A stretch of 64,000 bases of DNA, taken from assembly GCA_951406725.2 (NCBI GenBank), contig OX597829.1, positions 32,240,001 to 32,304,000 on the forward strand, read 5' to 3'. The notes beneath the pieces were generated by a model, which did not search any database, was not told the origin of the DNA, and saw only the letters and a list, made by a program, of their open reading frames with translations. The position numbers and the translations under genes were made by a program. This DNA comes from Octopus vulgaris (Eukaryota). Below, one piece after another: positions 26,301 through 38,200 of this stretch (position 1 is its first letter; each line of letters starts with the position of its first letter).

Positions 26301-29300
26301 GGTTTACTTTTATAGTGAGCATGGTTTGTGCAGAGCCAATCCCATTCTTTCATTCTTCAAACTTGTATTGGTCTTGTGCAACAAATGTTACAGGCCAAGT
26401 AGTTATAAGGATGTAGGATTTATATGGAATTACTTTCTTTAGATGAGCAGCTGCTCTGTGTTGGTGAGTGACCTTCCAGAGGCAAATTTTGTAACCTAAT
26501 TAGCCCATAGCTGGGACCCTGACAAATCCTACTTCTCTGTGTCAGAATAGAGCTGGAAATAATTGTGGCTAAGTAGTACTTCAATGCTCCTCAAAATCCT
26601 GGAACTGTTGAACAAAGGCTCCACTACTGAATGTGGTTTAAAGTCATACCCAGGGCACAGATTATTTGACTTATGAACAGCACAGAAATCAACTTTTTCT
26701 ATAGATTCTTTTGGAGTCAATAAACCAAAGTACTTGTGTAGGTTCAGTCTATTAATTCCCTTCATCCCTTCCTTCCTCTTCACATTTTATGTCCTCATGT
26801 CAACAATTTAAATTATTCTTAAGGCCGTTGATTGGCAAAATTGTGTCAGAAAAAAATGCCTTGCAGTATTTTTTCTTGCTCTTCATGTTTCTGGTTTCAA
26901 ATACTACTGAGGTCAATTTTGCCTGTCATTCTTTTGCAGGGGTTGATAAAATAAAATACGAGTTAGGGTTAATGGCATCAGCTAACCAGCTCTCCATTAA
27001 ATTAGCTGGGCTTGTGCCTAAATTGGAAAACACTACAACTACTATTACTACCACTTGTACTACTACTTCTTTCCATGATGCAGTGGTTGCTGCTTAGTGA
27101 AATATTTTATCGCTTTTCTTGCTTCTTTATTTTTTAAAAACTTTATTAGTTTCATTTAAGGCAGGTGCCATAGATATAGTTGTTACTTTCCCTAAGAACT
27201 TANNNNNNNNNNNNNNNNNNNNNNNNNNNNNNNNNNNNNNNNNNNNNNNNNNNNNNNNNNNNNNNNNNNNNNNNNNNNNNNNNNNNNNNNNNNNNNNNNN
27301 NNATTTTGAATAATGTCAAGTGGGAAGTTGTGTATCTATCTACCCATATATATATATATATATATAATGGAACAAAAACACAATAGAGGACAAAACATTT
27401 GGACAGATAGACGATACAAAGGCAGACAGGAAAAACAACAATTAGGAGGGGGGAAAAAAGGACAGGTCATTCATGGCCTTCTTTCTTCAGTCAAGTTACC
27501 AGATGTCCTTACAGTTTCGGGCAGTTACACTTGAACTTGTTTGATCTGGTTGCCCCCCAAAAAGTCTAAGCTAAGAGCATTAGATTTTTTTATAAGAAAG
27601 CTAGTGAATGTGTACAGCATCGAAGACAAAAAAAAATGGAGAATATGGTACACAATTACAAATGCAAACAACAAGAATGTAACAGGTGTCTTTTAACTGA
27701 GAATGAATCAAATTGAGCTGGTGTGTATAAATTGAAAGCCTTAAGGCAGTAACATAGGAGAGGGACATAAGGTGTTGGCGGTTGGTAGTCGGGCCAAGAA
27801 AGAAAGAATCATTGGTTGGACATTGGTCACGTAGAAGGATGATATATTAGATATATATATATATATAAAGGATATGAGTGATTTATGAGATGAGGTGGTT
27901 TCTAGTGGGAATAGGAAAAGATTTGTAGTAGAGAAACGTCTGTGCATAAAAGCAGATATATGCCTACTTATACATTACTTCATAGGTGTGTATAGGAATA
28001 CATACAGCCAGAAACACATTTCACACTCGCATATAATCACAAATGAATTTGTATAGCTTTTACACACATATTCAGCTATTATACTATAGAACTGCTTGTG
28101 CTCACATGTTCATTAGATCTGACATTTTCCTAACTTTCAGTAGTATGGTTATCAAAGGTAATTACTTCAATTATCTAGATAATTGTAGTCTGATTCAAAT
28201 CTCTTCAGTTGCTGTATTTATTTGTTTATAGATACTTTCTGTTTGGTACCATATTGACAATATACTACATAAGTAACTGTAGACTTTAAGAAATTTGACT
28301 ATGAAATTGGAAAAGCATTGGCATCATCTTTTACTTGTTTGTCATTGGACTTGCAGCCTTGCTGGGTGCTACCTTGAAAGGATTTTGTTGAGCAAATTGC
28401 CCCCAGTATTTTTCTTTTTAAAGTCTTATTCTATCAATCTTTTTGTTGAATTGCTAAGTTAAAGGAACATAAAGCAACAAGTCAGGCAGTATTAGGAGTG
28501 GGTGTAATAAACACTGACACAAAAAGCACATATACATATATAATTTTACACACACACACACGATAGGCTTCCACACTTTCTGTCTACCAAATTCACTGAC
28601 AAGGATTGGTCAGCTCAGGGCTGTAGTAGAAGACACTTGTCCAAGGTGCCATGTGAATGACTGGACCTGACTCCTTGTGGTTGCAAAATGAGCTTAGCAC
28701 ACTGCCATGTCTGCACCTATTTTTTTAAATACTGCTAGGGGTAGTTGGGACTGTTAAAAATCAGTCTTTTAGTCTTTGTTGAGCCATTTCTTCTTGATCC
28801 AAATTCTTCCCAAAACTTTCTCAATATTTATCCATATATCCTCCTCAAACTAATGCTACATTTTCCTCTTCACCAACCACTATTATACATCAACAATCAC
28901 AATCTTTCGAGCATTAGACAAAATGTCATTCAGTATTTAGCTCCATGCTTCTGCTTTCTGAGCTCAAATCCTATTGACATTATCTTTGACTTTTGTTCCT
29001 CTGGGGCTGATAAAATAATGTAACTATCAAGTTGATTTGACAAATACTGATGTACCCCATGTTTCTTCAAGCAGTGAGGTTCTTACTGAGAATCCTAAAT
29101 GAACTTTCTTAGTGCATCTTGTGTTTTAAAGGTAACTGAGAATGTAACCCCACCCTCACTGACCTTGCTATTTCTGTCATGGATCTATTCCTTGACTGAG
29201 TAGCACATTCTATCTTTGAGCAAAGCACTTCATTTTATGTTGTTCTGGTTAACTGAGCTGAAAATGTGCACAACGTAGTGTTCATGTAGTTTTCTCTTCC

Positions 29301-32300
29301 TCCTGCTGTTGTCTCCTTCATGTTCCACTGGATCAATGGTTAGAGCCCCAAGCAGGTGACTATTTGGTCATGATTGCATAACCTTTAGAAAAAAACAAAA
29401 ACAAACTAGCAAATGTAAGGTACATGCTTTCATATCATACTGACTTGTGAGTGACGACTGGATTTTCTTTTTTTACCTACTTCCCTAATTATTCTCTTCA
29501 TTTTATTACTTTCAATACGTACAAACAGATAGGACAAGGTTTTTTTTTTTTTTTGGGGGGGGGGGTGGTGACTGACTCAAGTCCTATATCAGATTTAGGA
29601 ATTTGACAACACTTCAGCTATTATGTGACTATTGCAAATCTTCAGTTTTGAATACTTGATCTGTGTGCCATTGATCTATTATCTTAAACAGTTTCACTGA
29701 TTTGGTAATAGTTGTTCATTACCATTGGTCACTTGTGTCCTACAGTAGTAGTCAATAAAGTATTTATATGGATAGACAACAACTATGTTCATTTATCATT
29801 TGGAAATTAATAAAATACTTTTAATGATTAAAAAAAAACACTCTTAATGTTTTTGATTAATTAAATATTCAAATTTGTACATTTCTCATTTATAGAAGTG
29901 GCTTCCAATTACCAAACTTACGACCCGTCAATGTTAATATCTATGGCGGGGCAGGAGACACACCAACAAAGAGTGAAAACAGCCCTGTTGGTTTCGATGT
30001 GACATCACCAGGACGTCCTCACTCTTCGAATACAAGTCTTAAAAGTGAGCTTAGTGATGCTGAGTCACCAGAGAAAATATCTAATCGCTTAAGTAAGAGT
30101 ATAGAGGTGGAATGTAAAACCCAAACGACGGAGAAAAGTCAAGTAACTGATGCAATAGATGTCCGGGAATCAGGAACTGCAACGAGTAAGATGTTGTTTC
30201 TATTTTGTTTTGTTTGTCTGGCTCTTGAATATGTATATCTTTGTCATATGTTGTATAAATGGATTTGTAGATGTTGTTGGCACTTACTGTTTTATTTTTC
30301 CACATTACACATTTGTTGGAGGTATTACTGCTTTATAATTATGATTAAAATGTTAATTCTACAAATGAAAATAATTTTAAAGTTATAGAAATTAATTTTG
30401 AAATACTGTATATAAATAAATGGAAATGTAACAAAGGTTAATATAGTCAATTGCCCAATCACTGATATGGTCATGAAGTCACTTATGGCACTTATTGTGT
30501 TGGTATACAGTCTGCTTAGGCTAACCATCTGAGAGTAGGTCCCATTATTACTGTTTTGTTGAAGGAGCTTAACGTCATCATTATTTTATTCATTTCATTA
30601 GTTGGTTGAAGTTGGACATGTCTGCAGGACAATTTATTGATTCTGTATTATGTTTGCGAGGTCCTAGATTCTCAGAACAAACTTTATTTCTTCCAGTGTC
30701 TTCTTCATTCTGCTTCTGTTATGAATACTTTAATCACTGCCAGTTTACATTACTATTTCACCAGCAAGTTTTTGTACATTTATTATGACTGTATCAGCAG
30801 TTATCTCACTTATCTAGCAATAGCATTTACACTCAGCTATAAACATTGCTAAGAGAAAAGAGCAAAAATTTCCCCAATATCAGCTTTTAAGGAACAGTAA
30901 ATGTAAAAGAATAAAGTGTAATTTTTTAAATGATAAAAATCAACCATATCAGAATTTGAAGTAAAAATCCTGATCTATTTCTAGGATATAATTACTTCTT
31001 TTTTTTCGTTTGATAGTAATGTATCAATAATATCAATTATTGGAAAAGGCATAGAATACCTATTATAGATTCCACAGCTCTTAAAATTATCATGCAAGAT
31101 TTGATTTGTATATTGAAATAGCTGACATTTTTTTTTTTTTTTTTTTGTTATAAGTTTAGTTGCATTTCACAAGAGTTGTTGTGGCTGGCCTGAATTGATA
31201 ACATGCTGGTCTATGTTTGAAAAACTCCATTCTTTATTACTTACTTTTCACTGACACTGCCTTATATTTTTGGCAAAAACTCATGTCTGCCAAATAGCCC
31301 AGTCTTGTTAGCTGTTGACATTATGGGCAGATGCAGTAAACAACAACAATGTTGCATAAGTGACTAGTGTTTCATGAAACTTTGAATTCAAATCTGTTCT
31401 ATGGATAGTATATATGGAAAGGGAAAGATATTCATTGCGAGTAAGATATGGAGATGGAGCTATTTGCATTACATGCACTATATGTGACTTCACAGGAACT
31501 CTAACTAATAATGATGCATCAAATTTTTGAAAATTTTAGTTTTCAGCTAGAATTAGGGTAGTTTTTTTTTTTTTCATAATATAATTATTTGGGATGCTAT
31601 ACAGCATAGGTGAAAGCATTATTGTTTATCAAAACATTTATCTCCTTAAAATGCATTTATTTCTGTTGAAGAATTACTCTTGGGTTAATAATGAAGTATT
31701 TGTCTTCTAAACCATATGATTGACAATACTTTTCATATTGTTTCAGGGAGGTAAAAATGTATTTTAAGTATTTTGAACTGTTTCATATTGTCTAAGAAAT
31801 ATTGGATATTACGAGTACTTTTCTGCAATGGGATATAATAATGATATTCCCTTAATATCCAATGAGAGTGTTGTTAAGGGAGGGGAAAAATTATTGCGGT
31901 AATTTAAATTCTTACAATAGAGGTACATGGCTGTGAGATGGAGATCTGATGAAGTGAATACGTAACTCAAGAGTTTGAAATTTATAACAGAAGCACTTGT
32001 GAAAAGTACATTAGTTGCTCCAGTTTTCTTAGCTTACAGTAGATTTCACTCTCACTGTTTGTATGGGTGGTTATTTCACGGAGAAATGAATTTTCCGTAG
32101 AGAAACTGCTGTTAGATAAGAGATGATAAAATAAATATTGAGATTGCATAGTGTTAGAATGTGTGTATTTGTTTTCACAATTTGGATACTCTCTTCCTCT
32201 TAAATAACCACTGAAACATGAAGTGTGGAGTGAAAACTGTTATGAACTAGAAGCCTAACAAGTAATGTAAGTTCCTTGGGTACATAAGGTTTGTCTGCTT

Positions 32301-34593
32301 TACTATGGCTTTAGGCAAGGAACTTGACTTGCTTGCAGCTAATTTCCAATGACCATACCTTTTATGCTAACTGCGATAAATAGATGTATATTAAATAAAG
32401 ATAACTTTTGCATTCTTTTTAAATAGTCTGGCCAAATTATTTTAATTAAAAAGTTTAGTGCTACAGTTTTCATTAAAATTAGGGAATGTCTTTGAGGATT
32501 TACTTTACAAATGTTTGGAAACAACTTTTTATATTTTTGTAATAATGAATTATTCAAGATTTTGTTAATGATTTAAATATAATTACATAATATATTACAA
32601 GGCAGTGTAATATCTTCACTGGTATTGTTGAATCTGTGTCACCCCTTTATTGATTATATATGCATGTTTTGTATTGTTGGTCTGCTTGGATCACCATTTA
32701 CTGAGCACAACCAAACCTGTATTGTTGCTGTTTAATATTTGCTATTTATGACAACACAAACACAATTGATAGAAAAACCTGAAAAAGAAACGTGCATGCC
32801 CTTTTTTTCTTTTTGCATCTTGAAATATGATTTACTTTCATTTTATTTCATGTCTTTGTAAGATCCTCCAAACCTTCCCCCCCCATTAGTCAAAAATGGA
32901 AATAATTAAAATCAGTTAAGTACGTTACTGTCCTTTGATAGTTGCTGTACTTTGATTATACTCTGTATCGGGTGTGATTTATATAGATAGATATATGTTG
33001 CTTTATGTATTTTATATATTCTAATATATCTTTAGTATAATTTTTGAAAATACTTCTCTTCCAGTAATGATCAGGCATAGATCCATGTTGCTTGCTAGTA
33101 TTGATTTCTTTTGACTTGGTATAAAGGTAATTTTTAAATATTTTTGGAGTGTGTATTAATTGAGTCAATTATAATATATAGTACTTGTATTTACTCTTAC
33201 TGGTACCCAATGAAATGATAAACAAAAATCAGTCTTGGCAAGTTTTAAGTCAAAATGTAGAATGTCTTAAATACATCAGGATATTTAATCTAGTACACTA
33301 CCATTGCTGCTAGTTTTGATACATGCAGCGCAACAGATTTCTGATAGACTGACTATTTTTTGCTCACTGATACAATGAATTGTATTGGACCATGTCAAAA
33401 TAAGGATGTTAATTTGTGGGTAGATGAAAGATGACAGTAAACATTGAAGTTTTAAATAACACATTGAAATTCACTGCTCTTACATTACTAAGGCTTTTTG
33501 TAAAATTGGATTGTGTTGTGATGAGTGGACAAAATAATATACAAATGTACAGGTTGTTGCTGATTTCTATGCTGTCCCTTCTAAGAATCCCTGCTTAGTA
33601 ACGGCAATGAATACATTTGATCATATTTTTGGACTTGCTGGAGAGGTATAGCAGTCTTATACTATCCAAGAAATCAAAATGTCAAATGAAAGCACAGCCT
33701 CTCTCTCTTCTTAAATGTTTCTTATAATTGGCTATATACAACTTGTCAGAAAGTTTTAATGTTTTCTCAAAGAGAATTCTTCAAACTTTGGAATATTACA
33801 CCTTTTGAAATAATTTATCTCAAGTAAAGTAGTAAATAGCAGTATTGAAATTTTTTCATACCACACTAGCATCTTGTTTATTTTATTGAATAAAATTGTA
33901 TGTGATGCTTACTTTCTGATTAAGTTTGAGTAAGCAGACAGGATATGTTAATAGTTGATGGAGATGTGTTCCATAGGTCTATTGTTTTCAACTAAGTTTT
34001 TGTGTGTCAAATTTCAATTGTTCAACCGGTGTTTTAACTTTGGCCATTTTGTCTTTTCTGGTATAAAAGTGTAGTATAGTATAGAATTATAGGGTGATGT
34101 TTAAGCAGTTTTACTTATTATTTAAAAGCTGAGTGATTGTGTCAAGTTCCTTTCATTCTTTTTATTGGTTGTTTTAATAATGGTTTTTGTTGTAAAATTT
34201 GATTGAAAAAAATTCTTTTGCATTCAATATATAAAGTTTCTTGGGTACCACTATTATCTTCATCTTTAACTTCTACCGAATGATTCAAATTTTTTATCAG
34301 AAAACCATTATTAGATTTACTTTGTAAGTTGTTGGAGCCTTTATTTTCTATCATTTTTCAAAGGTAGGTTTCTAATACTGTCCTGTAAATTATAAAGTGT
34401 TTATTCAGAGCTATTAATAATTTCAAATACATATATATCTCAATACCTCCTTACTCAAAGGTGTGAAGGTTCTAATTTTAGTATCCATAAATTTCCCTCT
34501 CCATCACCTGTAATATTTATATAATCACATGCAGGAGTTATGGTTTTGCCGTCCATGTTAACCACCAAACCGAAAGGTATAATTTTTTGGGAG

Positions 34594-34640
<47 letters not shown>

Positions 34641-35151
34641 CTGCATGTTTTAAAATATTAAAATGCTTAATTTTCTCTTTTTTTTACATTGCTTTATATT
34701 TTATTTTGTGTTTGGCTTTATTTGTATTATGGTTGGTGTACTGAAGCTTTGCTTTGCTCACTAGAAATTGCTGATACAGGTTCAAAAACAGTAGACGCTG
34801 GGAAGCAACCTGTTCCTCAAAATGAAACCACAGCTGTCACAGTAGATTCTGAGAAGGTTCAAACAGAAAAATCAGCTGAAGTCAGTGCGGTGGATGATAA
34901 ACCTTCAGAGGTTGAAAAGCAACCTGCTGCAAATGATACGATGCCAGTGAGGGTTCCAGAAGAAATCAAAACAGCTGCCCCAGTAAAGAACAAAACTGCC
35001 TTGAAATTGAACGAACCTTTACCTCCACTTGGTGAGTCTCTCTACCAGGAATTAATAAGAAAACACCTAAAAAACTATTTAAAAGTCAACAAAAATACTC
35101 CTTTTACAATGATTTCATCTTACCTCCAACAATGTATTGTTTCTATAAACT

Positions 35152-35219
<68 letters not shown>

Positions 35220-38200
35220 ACTATTTCATTGCAAAGTAGAATGATAATCAAGCACTTCCTTTACTGAACATTAATTTGTTGCAGTACAATAGATCAATAT
35301 TTAATTCTAAAATAAATTTGGAAGAATTGTTTACCAAAGTTTCAATTTTAGTTATTTAAAGCATTGATAGGTGAATGTAATTTCTATGCAGTAGAGAAAA
35401 GCAACAGCTGAAGTTTTGAGTGAATGTAATTTCTATGAAGTAGGGAAAAGCAACAGCTGAAATTTTGGAATAATGTAATGTTCAGTACAACCCAAATTTT
35501 TATGCCTGGTGATTTGAAGAGCACACCATTCTCTAGCTATCATTTACCTTAGATTTTATTTTTCTCCTGGAAACTATACTCCTTGTCTACATAACACAAA
35601 TATATATTTATCTGTCCTTCCTTCCTTCCTACCCAATCAACTCAGTGTTGTTGACCAACTTGAAGATTGTTTGAATTTTTTTTTTATATTTATTCGTTTA
35701 TTTTCATTAGATGCACAATACTTGCTTTGTTGCATGAGTATTTCAGCTTGTTAAATTGCAATCTAGTTTTTCTTTTGTGTTATCGTGAAAGAAAAAAATT
35801 TACATGCCTCTGCTTTTTGTTTTTATTCACTATTATTCTTATATTGTTGTGATGTTTGTGCATATGTATAAAGTGTATATTTGCAAATGTGTGTATGTAT
35901 ATATGTATATACACAACACATATATCTATGTACAATTAATATATGTATATTTATGTAAGTTGAATATTTTTACTAAGAGTTCTATATAATTAAGCAAATA
36001 TAAACGATTTTTAATGACTTTCTTGATTATCTTGTTTTCTATATCTCTTAAACTTGCTTGTCTATTTGCTTTACTAACATAAATCAACCAACTTTGAAAA
36101 CCTGGTATAACACTTTATAAATTCCTAATTCTGAATGGAACATTTAGCATTCATTGAGAACATTGGAAGATAGATTTCTTTTAAACACTACTCATCTCTC
36201 TTCAATATTTAAGAGATGAGGAATTATGTACATTGTTTACATTTGATGGATATTTGTCCTCATCTTGTTTGTTGCTAACACAACGTTTCGGCTGATATAC
36301 CCTCCAGCCTTCATCAGGTGTCTTGGGGAAATTTTGAACCTGGGTTCTCATTCCTAGGGTATTTTTTGATGTTATCATTATTATTATTCAGGTCACTACC
36401 TGGAATCGAACTCGGAATCTTGGGATCAGTAGCCCACGCTCTTAACCCCAAGATTCCAAGTTCGATTCCAGGCAGTGACCTGAATAATAATAATAGTAAT
36501 AATAATAATAATAATATCGAAAAATAGCTTAGGAATGAGAACCCAGGTTCAAAATTTCCCCAAGACACCTGATGAAGGCTGCAGGGTATATGGTTAATGC
36601 TGGCCTCTGTTGAAGTTATTCATAGTTCTTACATTATTCTCACATCTTCATTTTTTAAGAAAACTGGAAGATGGAAAGAAAAAGACCATGAAGTCAAGAA
36701 AGGCAGAAATAGAATATATCATACTTTAATCCCTAAACATCTGGCATAAAACCACCCCACTTAATACTACACCTCCTTTTCATTCAATTGGTAGGGCTCA
36801 TCTTGCGAGTTACTTGGCAATCTCTCTAGTGTAAAAAAAAAAAACCCCTGTAAAGTGGTTGGTGTTATGAAGGGCATCCAGCTGCACAAGCCATGTCAAG
36901 TAGTTATTGGAGCTTGATGCAAGTCCTCTTGATTGTTGGTTCCAGTCGAACCATCACACCCATGCCAGTTTAAAAAATGGACATTAAATGATGGAGTTAG
37001 AAAAGAATTATGTCAGCAGGAGATAAAATTTCTTTTACTAATTAGTCAAGCATTCTCAGTGGAAGCTGAACGTCTTGGTAGTTGTTGTAGTGATGACTGT
37101 AAACCAAGTTTTCTTTTACTAATTAGTCAAGCATTCTCAGTGGAAGCTGAAAGTCTTGGTAGTTGTTGTAGTGATGACTGTAAACCAAGTCTGTGTGATG
37201 CAGACTTCCATTAACTTTGTTTCTAAGATAAATGAAAGTACTACTGAAAGTATTATAGTCTTGTCCTATGGAACATTAATTTATTTTGAATCACAATTGG
37301 TGACCAATAGTATTGTTGTGTACAGCTTTCCATCAGGTCAGTCATTGATGCGAACTGTTTCACACCATTTTGAATGGCAAAATAACAGGAAGTGCCTGAA
37401 ACTTAGTGCAGAACAAATATTACAGAGGACTTGGGACTTAATTTGAAAAATAGTACCTTTTACTTTTTGTTTCCAAAGTTCTCTTTTGTTGAAATAAGCA
37501 TACATTGGCAAATGACACACACACACCACTACCTACCTTTTGCACAATACCAGTCTATCAAATTTCACTCACTAGCCATTGGTCAACCAGAGATTGGTAG
37601 AAGATGCTTATTCTAGATACTACACTGTGGGATTGGGGATTGAACTTGAAATCATATGACTGGCAAACTATAGTCATGTGTTATAATACCTAAGTATATT
37701 CTTGGTGAAGAATGGTTTCTAAGGGAGAGAAAACATTATGACTGTCATATTTTTATGGGGAGGTAATTATTGAACAAACCATTCCTGTTCTTGTTGGGTA
37801 GACTTAATTTGTCACCAAGTTTAACACCACCTTAGGTACCTTTTGGTGGAGTTCAGTTTGTAGCAAGGATTTAAGCTAGGTGTCTGGTCTGGAAAGAACC
37901 TAAATATGGTTACAGGCATTACCTTTCCATTTCTGCTTAAAAAAATATATGGTTGCTGTTGGGAGTGAAGAATGGATTATAGATTCAGTTTGCCAAACAC
38001 TTAACAGCTGTTTTATAGCTGTTGCCATTGTAGTGAAGCTGCAATAAAGATTTACAGGTTCAGTCCTAGCATAATTTACAAAAATATCTTGCAAAACAAA
38101 GGGAATCCTCTTTCTCACCTATGCACACAGTGTAGTGGTCTGTATAAATACAAAAGGTAGTTTAATAATCAGGCTAGTTGGTACTAATAATTAGTACCAA

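Noticed and set aside
32773-32791. Purine-rich microexon-like segment (KKPEKE) near TGCATG motifs
   Set aside because: 19 nt would shift frame, donor GTGCAT is weak, pyrimidine tract poor.
35032-35267. Read-through of exon into GESLYQEL..., resembling JIP ESLFEEL
   Set aside because: A strong GTGAGT donor precedes it, the true homologous block is in exon 47046, and the frame runs into (TA)n; likely coincidence.
36390-36447. tRNA gene
   Set aside because: Has A/B-box-like motifs but is 5'-truncated with no acceptor stem; it is the head of a repeat.
36314-36568. Mirror-image ORFs MSWGNFEPGFSFL on both strands
   Set aside because: A consequence of the inverted repeat, not coding.
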